The notes under the pieces were generated by a model. It saw nothing but the letters and a program-made list of their open reading frames with translations. It was not told the DNA's origin and did not search any database. 64,000 nucleotides of DNA from Paraspadella gotoi (taxonomy: Eukaryota > Animalia > Chaetognatha), in the NCBI GenBank assembly GCA_051294375.1, contig CM119266.1:24813653-24877652 (forward strand), given 5' to 3'. The translations under genes and the position numbers were made by a program. Numbering within the stretch: position 1 is the first letter of the stretch; every line of letters begins with the position of its first letter. This document shows, one piece after another, positions 45,210-59,993 of the stretch.

Positions 45210-46032
45210 TGGACGGTGGGTCGGCGATGGATTGTCCTCACGAGAAACGGCGGCTTGGAGATTCCATCATTAGAGGCCTTTTCCCATCAACCGCAAAGAA
45301 AGGGGAGACAGAGATTATAGAAAGAGTTGAGTCTCAACTTGAGAGATGGAGATAGAGACCATGAGGGAGAGATTGTTTCTGACGATGACTGTATGAGTTA
45401 AAGTATCATATGTATTATGTAAGTAACATGTAATATATATGTAACATTCCTCAATCGATAGCAGTTAACCGATGCAACAAATAAATATGTATTTTATTTT
45501 TTTGTTTAAACGAAATGTTTGTCTACCCACTGTTTGACTCTCTTCTTGCTTTTAATATCTTTTACTCAACCACGCGCGTCCGCGTGCGTATTTCCTTCTG
45601 CACACGCAACCGTACACGCTTTGTGTCCACGTGATCGATAGCTTTCAAAATGATAAATGTTATTCATCAAAAAAAAGTAAGTTCCTCTTTTTTTTTTTTC
45701 TGAGGGAAATTCGAGAGAGGCAGGTGAAAAGCGGACCGACGGCTGGAAAAAGTAGGGAAGGCCCGAAGGCTCGAGACGGGCCGCGGTTGTAAATGGAATA
45801 TGGAAATGGGGAGAGGCTAAAGAGAAAGGGGGGATGGGGAACGGGGATGGGGAACGGGGATGGGGAACGGGGATAAGAGAGGTTAATAGCAAATAGAAAC
45901 GTAAGAGAGAAAGAAATAGATTAATGCGGTTGACTGTTTAGAGGTAAAATTTGAAAGTGAAATTTATGATTCTCCACTTTTGTCCTAATTTATCTAAATT
46001 TCATTCAGAGTAAAAAGTACACTTGAAAACTT

Positions 46033-46090
<58 letters not shown>

Positions 46091-47172
46091 CACGAAAAAA
46101 AAAATTGAAAAAAAGAAACGGAGCGACGGGAGCTGAAGAACAGTTGATGCTTTCCCGCCACGTGTATAAACAATAAAAAAGATATATGTCTAAAATGAAA
46201 TCGAGGCCCGCTCGTACTACGATAACAATGAGATGAGATTTTCAAACGGTGAAGGGAGGAAGAGGATGAAGAGGAAAGGAGGAAAGGATGGAAGAAGGAA
46301 ATAAAAGAACCTTGGGGGCCTAACCTCGAGACGGGAGGAGGGAGAGTTAATAAAAGTTGGAATGACTGGGAGATTGGAGCGAGAGCGAGGGAACCGAAGG
46401 ATGATAAATAATATTCATAAAATCTTAAAAGTCTTTGTTATGTGAGTATGTAGATTTAGAACTTATTTTAAAGTAACTTAACCAGTGTTCCTCGTCCAGA
46501 AATTTCATAATCTACGTTTATATATTTCTAATTCGACAACATGGTTTAATCTGCAATGAAATATATGACTTAAAACAGTCGGGGGGAAAAAAAAGAATAA
46601 AAAAAATAAAAATAAACAAAAGAGTTCCATTCGCGTTTCTTATGATTGAATTTATTCCATTAAATCAGGCGCCGCATTTGTGTTGAAGAAGAAAGTGAAA
46701 AAAAAAAGCGAAACAATAAAGAAAGAGAGAGAGAAAGAAAAGAGAAAGTATCAGAAATGAAAAAAAAGAGAAAGAAATCCGGACGGGCATGAGTTAAACA
46801 TTCACAAACAATGGAACAAAAGCGAATCTCGCAGCGGCCTCTGTGGTTAAAAAGCCAAATCAAAACAAGATGGCGTCCGCGGTGGAAGAAAACAGAAGCG
46901 TCGTCGGTGGCGACGTAGTCTGCCGGCGGCGGTGGCCGAGGCGGAGGCAGCGGCGGGGGCGGAGCCCGCGGTGGCGGCGGGACTGGAACGTCACAATTAG
47001 CAAAGTATTCAGCTTTGCTTTGGCTAATGCGGCGGCAGCGACGGCGACGGCGATTTGCCGCCGAATAAGATTCACCCTGGCGGCGCAATAGACTTCGCGC
47101 GAACAAAAGACGCGGCTTCTAATTTCAAAAACTTATGAGATCTCCGGTTTTCCCTCTTTAGAAAACGAAGCG

Positions 47173-47268
<96 letters not shown>

Positions 47269-47767
47269 AAGGTGGGCCACGCTTAAAATGAGAGTGAGAA
47301 ATTGGGAAAAATCAACCGGAGATGAGAGGGTTAAAGAAATGACGTAAAGTGAAAAAAATGATTTAAAACCAGACAAAATATAGATAATTTTGTATCATAG
47401 TAAATGACAAAAAGATGATATTGTCGCTGCCTAATTGAACATAACAACTACAACAACAACAACAACAACAACAACGACGACGACGACGACAATGAGCGAA
47501 TATCGCCAATTTCAAACTCACCACTTGACCGTGCCGTGGGCCAACTTATTTGACCCACACAACTGAACTCTTTTATTATTGTTTTCTCTCACCGTGAATA
47601 GTTTTTCCTTTGTTTTGTCTCTGTTTTTAACTGTTTGATGATTTTTCGAATCATTATATTTCTCTCAAAAGATACATGAAACTTGTCTCAATAATTCCAA
47701 ATATTTTCGCCAAGTAAGTCTCTTCAATATGATAATGATAATGTAACTCTTGCGCTTTATTTCTCCT

Positions 47768-48157
47768 TTATCCGAAAATCATGACAACGAAGCTGACGAA
47801 GATGACGATGACGATGACAAAGTTATATCCGCAGCAAAGCGACTGCAGAGACGGTTTAGCATTCGTCGACCATCGCCTTGCCTCCACCTTCTTGCAGGAA
47901 GGGAAGTCGAAGTTGCAGAGATGCTCCGTGCAACAGCAGGATTCGCCTCCGACGAGTTTGTTTGGCAGGAGTCGAGGGTGTTGGCGCAGTAGGATCTGGT
48001 GATTACAATAAAATCTCATTTTAGAAAAAAATATTTTAATTCTAACTCTCTATTGATTATTTAGCAGCAACCATTATTTACAATCCCAAATATAAAGTTT
48101 TAATCAATATTCTGTTGAGGACGAAATCTTTCTCTCTCTCTCTCTCTCTCTCTTTTG

Positions 48158-48206
<49 letters not shown>

Positions 48207-48709
48207 CTCCTCTCCGCCACTCGTCGTCAAAAACTCGTATCTCTTCCGTCTCGTCCCTCCCTCTCTCTCCTCCAGGCCGACTCCCTTCTCTCTCTCCTCG
48301 ATTTCTTAACTCACTTGTCCTTCGTAGATCCGCAAAAGGCGGGAAAGTCTCGCGTCCCTCGACACTTTTTCTTCTCCTTGTCGTCTCCCGATCCGACGAA
48401 GCACTCGGGGGTGTTCTCCTCCAGCGTTTTGAGCTGCTGCTCCCACCAAATGACGCAGGTCTTGTTGAGTTTGGCGTCGTCGGCGGCGCAGCAACATAAT
48501 TCGACGCCGTCCTCGGGGCAGCGTTCGAGACAGAAGTCGATACTCGCGCAACGGTTCTCCGTCCACCAGTCCTGCGCGTCAGGGGCCCATTTGAGGCAGG
48601 CCACCTCGTCCGCTTCGCAGTCTTCGACGCCGCAGCGCAGCGAGGCGGCGGCGTAGTGGGTCATCCACGAATAGACGATGACGAAGATCGAGAAGGCGAA
48701 GAACATCAT
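47768..48709 (-). CDS. Two-domain Ly6/uPAR-like protein with hydrophobic C-terminus (GPI signal or TM); exons 48709-48315 and 47995-47768; one 1-nt frameshift near 47947
   Basis: Signal peptide MMFFAFSIFVIVYSWMTHYAAA, then LRCGVEDC...ELCCC...KTC. The second domain, ECFVG..KKC..FC..|KSYCANTLDSC..ESCCCTEHLCN, needs one extra G at GGAGGCGAA. Tail FVIVIVIFVSFVVMIFG-stop. Intron GTGAGT...CACCAG, phase 2. Confidence 0.75.
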
Positions 48710-49654
48710 AGGGTGAAAAAATTTATAACAGAAATCTATCAATGTCCCCAGTTAGTTTGTGATCGGCATCTAAGATGTAAAAAGAAACAAATAATCAGAA
48801 AAAGTAAAAAAAAAATGTAAGAATAAAGATCGAAAGTAGAAGCTGATTGTTTGATCATTGTTTGAACACTGAAATAGATTTCTCAAATTAGAAATTATCA
48901 TATTGCAGAAACGTACGGTGAATGATATTTTTAGAAATTTGAATTTTAATTAAAATTTCCGATAAAAGTTTTATTTGCGCTTGGTTATTCTTGATATAAG
49001 AAAATTAAATCTTTGTGCCTAGCGTCGGCTTTAGAAACCAAATGAAGAGAAATCCTTTCATTAAACGTTTTTGACAATGCCCTCTCTCGTGCATACTGCA
49101 TACGAAATACGTAATTCTGGTCAACTTTCGCCCCGACAATGCTATGCAATGCTTGTTCCATCGTGATTGCCTTCATCATCATCGTCATCATCGCTGGGAG
49201 GAGATACAATAAGAAGATGCATTAGGATGCTTTGGAGAAAAGAAATCGAGCCGAAGAGAATCTAGGCTAAATGCCGTCGAGAAAAAAGGAAAGAAAAAAG
49301 GAAAAATAGAAAGCATATAATAGAGAAACAGAGAAGCGAAAAAAAAGGGTGAAAGAAATAAAACTTTTCTTTATATACATATACAATATGTATATTATGT
49401 ATATTAAACATATCTTGGAATGAAAAAGTTTTCGACAATCTTGTTCGCGTTCAAAACCAGAACGGGCAAAATGTGTACGCTGGCGTGCGTACGATACCCG
49501 TGAGCGCATTCGCTATCTTCCACGATCGAACTTGGAATGAAAAAAGTGAAATAATGTTTGTGATAGAAATCGTAATAGGCGCCCATAATAATCCTATTCT
49601 TTGTCTGTCTCCTTTCGCTCGCCTCGATAGCGCTCTCTCTCTCTCTCTTCTTCT

Positions 49655-49733
<79 letters not shown>

Positions 49734-49869
49734 AACTCATGGTCTCGTCGTTGAAAAATTGAAATCGCCATCAAATAAGTTCTTTGAATACTTAATGAGC
49801 GACGGGGGTTTACAGCCTTCGGGTTTGGCGGAGAAGGCCAAGGGGAGTGAGAGAGAGAAAGAGAGAGAG

Positions 49870-49925
<56 letters not shown>

Positions 49926-50021
49926 CGGAGAGAGGAGAGCAGAGAGAGAGAGAGGTGAAAGATCGCAGAGAATTGATTGGCGAAAAGAAACTTCTTTATT
50001 CTTTTCAAGAGAAAGAAAAAG

Positions 50022-50078
<57 letters not shown>

Positions 50079-50257
50079 AGAAGAGAGAGAGAGTTTTTAG
50101 GAAACGGAGAGACAGAATACAGTACCTTGCTGAGGTTTAGTTTCGTTTAGGTTTAGTTTAGTTCGCAGGCCTGTCTTTGGTTTTAAATAAAACAAAAATA
50201 ACAATTATGAATTAATATTTACAAATATTCCGTGGTAACGTCTTAGTCATGTCTTTG

Positions 50258-50350
<93 letters not shown>

Positions 50351-52451
50351 ACATCCCCTCCGTCGATGTCAGGGTTTTTATTGTCACCAAAAGAAGAAGA
50401 GGGGGAGGGTATTTTGTCATCAGTACCGAGGGACTCGAAAGGTTCTGTCAGAAAAAAGAAGGACACACTTGAAAGGAGATGAGGAGGAGCGAAGGAGGGA
50501 GGGAGGAAGACCGACAAGTCGGGTGGTTAGGAGAGAGGAACGCGGGATGTAGAAGAGGAAATACTTATTATGAAATAAAGGAAAAGAGAGAGAAGGAGAC
50601 AGAGAATGACAGAGAAGTGGGAAGACTAAGAAAGGAAATAGGAAGAGAAAAGAAGAGAGAAAGAGAGGAAAAGGAGACGAAGAGAGGAAAGGAGTTAGGA
50701 TGAAGAGGCGAAGAGAGGGAGGCGAGGAAGAATGAGGGAGGGAGGCGAGGAAGGACGATGAGCATGGACAAAGGGAACCATTCTTTTTTGACCTCGGGGG
50801 TCAGTTGGCAGTTTGCCTCTGGAGAAGGAGGAGCAGGAGGAGGAGGAGGATGAGGAGGAGGCGAAGGAAAAAAAGGGAGGAAAATCGGTGGGAATGCGAT
50901 CGCCGTTAGTCTATTTCCCAAACTGTCTCTTGTTATTGTTATCGTTATGATCGGTCAACGGAGAGTCGATAGGGCATCGACGTCGTTTCCGTTGCAGCTC
51001 ATGTTGTGAATGGTAAAAAGAAAAAACATTTCCATGCAGCTTTTTTTTTTATGTATTCCTATTTCTTTGTTTTGTATAATGTTGGTTTTTCCTATGTTAC
51101 TCAACAACATTTTTCCTATTTTTTTTTTTTGAAATCTTTATTTCTTTGGTATTATTTTTTCTTTCTTCATATTTCTTTTCCTCCGTCGTCTTAATTCTCT
51201 CCCTCTCCTCTCTCCACCTCTCTCTCTCCTCTCCTCCTCCTCCTCCTTCTCCTCCTCCTCCTCCTCCTCTCAGAGATCTCTCTGGACGCATCATATTTTG
51301 TGGCAACGGTCGGCACCGCTTCAAAAAAGCCCCTTCTTTCTACCGGACTTCCTGGGGACCAGATGACGAGAGAGAGAATGAGATCGAGGAGAGAGGAGAG
51401 AGAGAGAGTAGAGCGAGGAGAGAGAGAGCATGAGAGAGCAAGAGAGAGATGAAGAGGAAGCGACCCGAAAGGTAAGGCGAGGTCTTACCAAATAAGGACA
51501 AGGTGATAGGCTCCTAGATTGCCAGCGCTTAGACTTTAAATGCCGCTCCAAGAGACGAAAGGAAGCGAGTTGAGCGCGGGGGTCAACTTCTGCGGGGGCA
51601 GGGTAGGGGAGGCGGGGTCGAAGGGTGAGGGATGAGGGAAAAGGGATTGGTGTTGTGACGATGGGTCCGATTAGTAACAAAAGGAGGAAAGGAAAGAAGA
51701 CAGGATTACAAAAGAGAAGATAGATAGTGCGACCGAACACAATCTCAACTGTTCTATAAAACACATGACTCTTCTTTTTTTGAATTTACCAATTCTTAAT
51801 ATATCGTAATTAATTCCGTTTTCGGGCTTTAGATGTATTATGGTAAGAATTATTAAAACTTCTGGTGGGTCTAAAAGATGAAGAATGACCAAAAATCTTT
51901 GTTGATAAATCATATTAAAAACATTTTAAGTACGCTATCGTACGTTAGCGTCAACGATATTAAAGACCTTATCGTATTGATAAACCGCACTTCGTTTATA
52001 ACGATAAAAATATATATAAATTTTGAAACGGAAAGAGACATAGACAAAAAAAAAGGGGGAAAGAAGGAAAGGAATACACTAAGGCGTCATCTGTATAATA
52101 CAACTGCTATGATGATTCGGGCGTCGCGAATCCGTTCGGTTGAACTCGAGGGACCCGCGATGCGGCCGCCAGAGGGGCGATTCCAGGGCCCACCCTGATT
52201 GACCTCGCATGGCAAACCGGCGACCGGTGGGTTTTGAGAAGGGGAAAGAGTGGGATTGACGGGTAGGAACAGGGGGGGGGAGAGGATGGGAGATCGGTTT
52301 GGAGGGATTGGGGGTGAGAAAAGGAAGTTTTTTTGATTTGGGGGAAATCGAGTGAGAAAGTGAATGGAGAGAGGTGGGACGCGAATGTCGTGAATGTCAT
52401 TAAATAAAGAAAACCAGAGAGGATAGGGATGTGAAAAAATATGTGAATATA

Positions 52452-52566
52452 GTATGGTGGACTAAAATCCACCAACCGTTCATCAGCGGCCATTGGTGCA
52501 CGAGTCAAGTCAAGTCAAGTCAAGTCATGTCAACCTAGGTCCGGGGTTCTAGCCCCGTAGTCGCCG
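52452..52566 (+). mobile_element. tRNA-like SINE fragment preceded by a hairpin and interrupted by (AGTCA)n
   Basis: GCGGC...TGGTGCA (A-box-like), T-arm-like CGGGG-TTCTAG-CCCCG (52542-52557) and a closing GTCGC. (AGTCA)5 at 52503-52527. Confidence 0.45.
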
Positions 52567-53994
52567 AGCAGAGGGACGGGGCGCTTAACTCGCCTGTAAC
52601 ACGGTTTTACAGCCCGTTCCGAAGCTCAGGGACTGCTTATATTGAACGGTTAATATTAATCATTACTCTCTTTTCAATAGGAAGTAAACCATTTGGACGT
52701 GTTAAGCAATTGTATTATTGTTATATGGAATGTGAAATCATCGCAAACACTTCACAATTTTGTCCAGATTTTTTTTCCCTTTTCTTTTTTCCTCTCTTTT
52801 CTTATTCCTTCATTTTCATAGTCCGGAAATTGATCTTACCAAATGTATTTACATTCCATTCCTCTTTCCTAATTGATTTTGGTGAAAGAGAGCGAGCACG
52901 AGACCATGAGGGAGAGAGAGAGAAACGTCAATACCGGAAACTTGGAAATTCACTTATTACTCATAACACGAGTTGAAAATGATCGAAATGAGAGAAGTCA
53001 ATATTTGCAGAGCTCAAGATGAGCTCTCTCTCTCCCTCTCCATCTATCCCTATTAATTTCCTCGTAAGATAACTTTTTAAAAAGGCTTCAGTGTTTTCCG
53101 AGTCACAAGTGACGTAAACCCTTTGCTTTTCTTAACCTTCCGTCCGACACCTGAATAGCTTTTCCATCTTTTTTTTACATCTTCAATTCTTTGCTCCTTC
53201 CGTCACTTTTCTATCTTTTCTTCAGGATTAATCGTCGTGGATCGTGTAGCTCTCTCTCTCTATCTCTCTCTCTCTCTCTCAAAATTTTTCACGGACCGAC
53301 TTCTCAGACGGAGATCTTATCTGGCCCCGAATCAGGATTTTGCGCGTAACGCTCGATCGGGTCTCCACTGTTATTCGTTGCCGCCACCATTTTTTGTCTG
53401 ACACACATTGGAAGGAAACATCAATCATTTTATTTCTCTGTTGACGAACTATTTTTCTTTCTTTTTTTAATTTTTTTTCCTTCCTTATTTCTTTCTTTCT
53501 TTTTTATTTTCTTTCTTTATCTTCAATTTTTATTTACAAATTTTGACAAAGATTGTCTCTCTCTCAGGAGAGANNNNNNNNNNCTCTCTCTACTTTTCTC
53601 AGTCTTTCGCCTCAAAAGCTGATTTTTAAAAAAGATTACTTTTTCAAAACTCATGAAAATTAGACCCGAGGGAAAAAAAAACCGAGTGAGAGAGTTGTCG
53701 AGTTTATTCTCCAAATAATCTTCGCTTTTTATTTGTTTTTATCTTGTTTTTTATTTTGTTAATAAAACGAAAGGATAGAAAATAAAAAAAAACACTGTTT
53801 CACCCTTCGCTCGAAAATAGAGAACATTTTGGGAAAGTTTGGGGAAAAATTTAATTTTTATTAGAATTTTTATATTTTGTAACGAATGTGGGTGTTATTG
53901 GTGCTGATGAGAAAATCTTCTTTCGTTGTTATTTGCAGAAGAATGACTTATTCCAGATGATACTGCATTAGTGCAAATTGACAAATTTACCGGT

Positions 53995-56120
53995 TTGATT
54001 AACAATTTTAAAAATTTTCCTTTTACGTTGAGGAAAGTTTTTTTTTCCGAACCAAAGTGCTCCCTAACCTCAACTTTTTTCTCCTCTCCTTCCTTTTCTT
54101 TCCTTTTCTTTCATTTCTTTACTTTTTTTCCTATCTTTTTATTTACTTTTCTTACCCTCACTTTCCTTTCATTTTCCTTTCCTTTTCTTTCCTTTGCTTT
54201 ACCTTTGTTTTCCTCTCCTTAATCTTTCTTTNNNNNNNNNNNNNNNNNNNNNNNNNNNNNNNNNNNNNNNNNNNNNNNNNNNNNNNNNNNNNNNNNNNNN
54301 NNNNNNNNNNNNNNNNNNNNNNNNNNNNNNNNNNNNNNNNNNNNNNNNNNNNNNNNNNNNNNNNNNNNNNNNNNNNNNNNNNNNNNNNNNNNNNNNNNNN
54401 NNNNNNNNNNNNNNNNNNNNNNNNNNNNNNNNNNNNNNNNNNNNNNNNNNCCTTTCCTTTCCTTTCCTTTCCTTTCCTTTCCTTTCCTAATCCTTTCCCT
54501 TTCTCCCCTTTCCCTTCCACGGCGCAAGACGATTATCCGGAATAATGGGCAAATAATGGGCTCAAGATACCGTGACACTTTTTTTTTNNNNNNNNNNNNN
54601 NNNNNNNNNNNNNNNNNNNNNNNNNNNNNNNNNNNNNNNNNNNNNNNNNNNNNNNNNNNNNNNNNNNNNNNNNNNNNNNNNNNNNNNNNNNNNNNNNNNN
54701 NNNNNNNNNNNNNNNNNNNNNNNNNNNNNNNNNNNNNNNNNNNNNNNNNNNNNNNNNNNNNNNNNNNNNNNNNNNNNNNNNNNNGTGAAGGTGGCGCTGA
54801 ATCAAGGAAACGAAGGAGGCGTGGGCCTCGACGTCGGGAGGCGCGAAAAATGGGGACGGCGCTCCGGCGGCCCATTAGGGTTAATTGTTGTATGATCGTA
54901 TTTGTACCTCGGCGCGGTAATGTGTCGGTTTTTCTGTGATTTGGGTGCTGGTTACTTCGGTATTGGTATATATGCTTGGGTTCTGTTGTTGCGATCCGGT
55001 GGTGAGTGTGTAGATAATTTTATTCTTCTTTGCAGTTGTCCTTCTGTCCGTCTGCGATACCGAATTCATGTGATTTATTTATTTTACCATGGATGATAGT
55101 TAATGTTTGTTGTCGACTCCTTTCGGGATTGAATCCGGGACGATGATTGTCTTGTGCTTTGTGGCTATTCAGGTGTTGCCATAGAATGGAGAGCTAATGT
55201 GAAAAAGCATTATTTTTTGTCTGTGCCGTTGTGACACATTACGCATCTGGCGTTTCTGGTGATTAAAGAATAATGTTTTAAAGAGATCAACCATAGCTTT
55301 CCTTATTAGCATTTTTTGTGAGCGAAGTTTTTTTTTCCGAAAAAAGGGCTCCTAAAAGGTACCGGTCAAGTTTTGTTCCTGCTCTGTGCTTCTCCTTCCT
55401 GTTTCTTGATCCGTTTTCTTTCATTTCTTTACTACTTTTTTTCCTATCTTTTTATTTACTTTTTCTTACGTCTCACTTTGCCTTTCATTATTCGCTTTCC
55501 GTATTTCTTTCCTTTGGGCTCTTCCATTTGTTAGTTTCGCTTGCTTGAATCTTGGGATTCTTTCATTTCCTTTCGCTTGTTGCGACGGCTTTAGCGCGTT
55601 TCATGTGTTTGTTTTCGCTCCGTGAAGTCTTGTCGTAGTTCGCTTTCCTTTCTTTTGCTGAATTGGTCTTTCGGCTTTCTTTCCTTTCCCTTTGCCTATT
55701 ATCTTTCCTTTTCATGCGCATATTCTTTTGACAGCGCGTTTTCTCTTATCCGTTTCCTTATTCGGCTTGTCCTTTAACGGCTTTCGGGGTCGCTTTCCTT
55801 TCCTGTCCATATCCTTCCTTTACCCTTGTGTCCCTTCCACTGGCAGCAAGAGAATTATGCCGGAATAATGGGCAAATAATGGGGGCTCAAGATTCCGTGG
55901 ACAACTTTTTTTTTACACACCAGCGGGGCGGGGTGCCGGCCTCTGCGGGGACCGCGGAGGAAAACGAGGCGGTGGGGGATGGGTGGGGGCGACGCCGGAG
56001 GTAGAGGGGGTGAAAGGTGAAGGCTCGGCGCTGAAATCAAGGAAAGCGAAGGAGTGCGTGGGCTCGGACGTCGTGGAGGGGCGCGAAAAAATGAGGGACG
56101 AGGCGCTCTGGCGGCCGCGT
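53995..56120 (+). repeat. Noisy tandem duplicate (~53995-54875 vs ~55260-56120)
   Basis: Shared anchors 'ccggaataatgggcaaataatggg' and 'ggcgctgaa(a)tcaaggaaa'. The second copy is insertion-rich, like a raw long read. Lies among N gaps. Confidence 0.75.
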
Positions 56121-56691
56121 GAATTCGAATCACCGCGAAAAGTGACATTTAAAAGCGAGCGGTGAAATTGAATAGACGGCGGGGATTTGGGAGGAGGAGA
56201 TGCGCTCGAGGTGAAAGGGGTCGGGTGAGAAGTGGGGTGGGGGGTTGGGTGGTTGGGGGGTGGGAGGATGGGATCGNNNNNNNNNNNNNNNNNNNNNNNN
56301 NGTGGTGGGTGTGAAGAAGGAGGTAATGGTTTGATCATTTTCAGAGCGACATTCGAGTGATGGGAGGTACGAAGTTGTAGCGTTATTTCTCCGATTAAAG
56401 CAAAACGTTACATTTTTATTTTCAGTTAGAAAACGGCTCGCTGGTCACTCTACATTTTCGTCCTTTTAATTATCATGATTATTATTCAACATTGATTTTC
56501 ATTATTTTTATTTTTATTTTCAGTTCACTTACCGTTATTCTCTCCTTCTGTCCTTTCTAATCCTCTTCCATGCTTTCGCTATCTCTCTTTATCTCCTGGT
56601 CCACGAGAAGAAAGACATCGACAGTTTCGGCGAGAAATTCGGGGAGAAACTGAGGGCGGAGTTAGTCGAGCTGAGTTTGGAAGGAGCTGAG

Positions 56692-58100
<1,409 letters not shown>

Positions 58101-58440
58101 GGAAGAAAAAGAAGAGAGAAAAAAAAAAAGAAGTTGGATAAAGTTAAAACGGTGAAATCATTTTCTATCTTTAAGTTAATTAAAAGAACATGATGATAAC
58201 CAAAAGATATTCAACTTACAATTCAATTCAGTCAACTAATTAATTAGCTTATTGTTTAAAACCAAAACAACAGCAAACAAGTTAATCCACGAAATCATAG
58301 TTCTATCAAAAAAAAAAGAAGTTTTTTGTTGTTGTTTGAATTAAGAACAATAAAAGTTAAAAACGTTTATAGTAAAAGAAACGTTTTGGGGAAGTCGGAA
58401 CGAAACGACGACTCACGATAGAAACGTTTTCTGAGATATA

Positions 58441-58457
58441 GTCACGTGACCACGCCC
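58441..58457. promoter_or_regulatory. Candidate promoter: palindromic E-box GTCACGTGAC plus adjacent CACGCCC (Sp/KLF-type)
   Basis: Motifs seen directly. AAAATGGCGG (YY1-like or a start codon context) follows at ~58683, after a CCGCAG acceptor. No complete gene could be built. Confidence 0.3.
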
Positions 58458-59047
58458 ATCTTCTCCCAAACGAGAAATTCGTTCGAAAAAAATTCGAATT
58501 CTCGTACTTCGCGTCAGCCGAGAACTTTGACGCTCGATTCTTTCTAATGGCGTTTTAATAGTTTTTCGTTTTGTGAGAATTGAAAAACCAAAGAGTTAAA
58601 AATAGGGGGAAAAAAAAGAAAAAAGAAAGAAATCGAGATACGAAAGACTCGGGGAAAAACTTTTTCGTGTTTTCCGCAGATAAAAATGGCGGAACCGACG
58701 AGGACGGCGGCGGAAGCGGCGGCGGCGGCGGTAGAAGCGGCGGCGGCGGCTTTTTAGGGTTTTCGGGTTATTGATGCTTTGGAAAGGAGAAGGGGCGAGG
58801 GTGAGATTTGGGTGAGTCGATTTTAAGGGTAAGTGAACAAGGGAGGGAAAAAGCCTAAAATTACTATATCAGACATTGCATTTGTAGTAATAGTTGGTTT
58901 ATTATTTCAATACACTTTTCCTATTTCTCTTTAAATCTTTCGTCGCTTCTTTACCTTTTTCACCCGCTTTCCGACCTTTTCTACCTATCTCTTCCTCCAC
59001 CGCCTATCGGCTTTTTCATCTCTCCGCCTCTTTTCACATCTACTTCG

Positions 59048-59091
<44 letters not shown>

Positions 59092-59836
59092 TCTCTCTCT
59101 CTCTCCTCTCCTCTCCTCTCTCTTCTCCGCTTCCGCCTCCTCTCTTCCGTCTCTCTCATCTCTTCATCCGTAAACCGGTAATCAATGTTTTGAATACAAC
59201 GTTTGAATTCCGTCACCTTTGGCTCAAACTCATTTGTCATCTCCTTTCACCCTACATTGAGGATTTAGAATGTTTGTACTATTGCATTTTGTTATATTTT
59301 GTTTGAATATAAAAATTGAAATGGTATAACGATCACAGTTATTTACCTTGTTATATTTATTTATTAATATTAAATATTTTGATAGATTATTATGGAATTA
59401 TATGCCGATTAATAATTCATTTGGTTCACATATCGAGCTCGTCCATTCATTGACGTTTCAATTCAGTCCGTTACATTTCCTGTTCCCTCTTCCCTGGGCG
59501 TCATCCTCCTCCTCCTCTTCCTCCTATCCTTCACCCGTTTCCTTTTTCTCCTCCTCCTCCTCCTCCTGAATGCAGATGTGGATTTCGCTGACGCAGCGAT
59601 TTCGCGTCAAACCGGAAGCGAAGTGGCGCTGACCGGATGGAAGTAGCGCAAACGACGCCGACGACGACGACTACGGCAATGAAGACGACTACAATCACAC
59701 CAAATGTGAACGCCAATGAGGATGAGTGGAAAAAGCTGAAGATTACCAAGACAATGACGAATGATTGCACCACTACTTATAATATACGTCGTATATAGTT
59801 ATAGACACTGATTTTATTTATAATATAAGAGGTACC

Positions 59837-59993
59837 AGAGTCTTGATTGAAAGCTTGCAGGGACCTGCTATGTCATTATCTTGTAAGAGTGATGGAGACC
59901 TTAAACCACCAAGGCCTGTCCAAAGTCAGGGACAAGATAGCTTATTTATTAAATGAATGGATAATTTTTTATATTGGTTGTACCAATTTCATA
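59837..59993. mobile_element. Partial (right-half) MITE copy outside the duplicated unit
   Basis: Matches ~12601-12756 and ends ATTTCATA. Confidence 0.75.

Noticed and set aside
52460-52490. CTGATGA on the minus strand suggesting a hammerhead ribozyme
   Set aside because: No GAAA core or stems I/III at the required positions.
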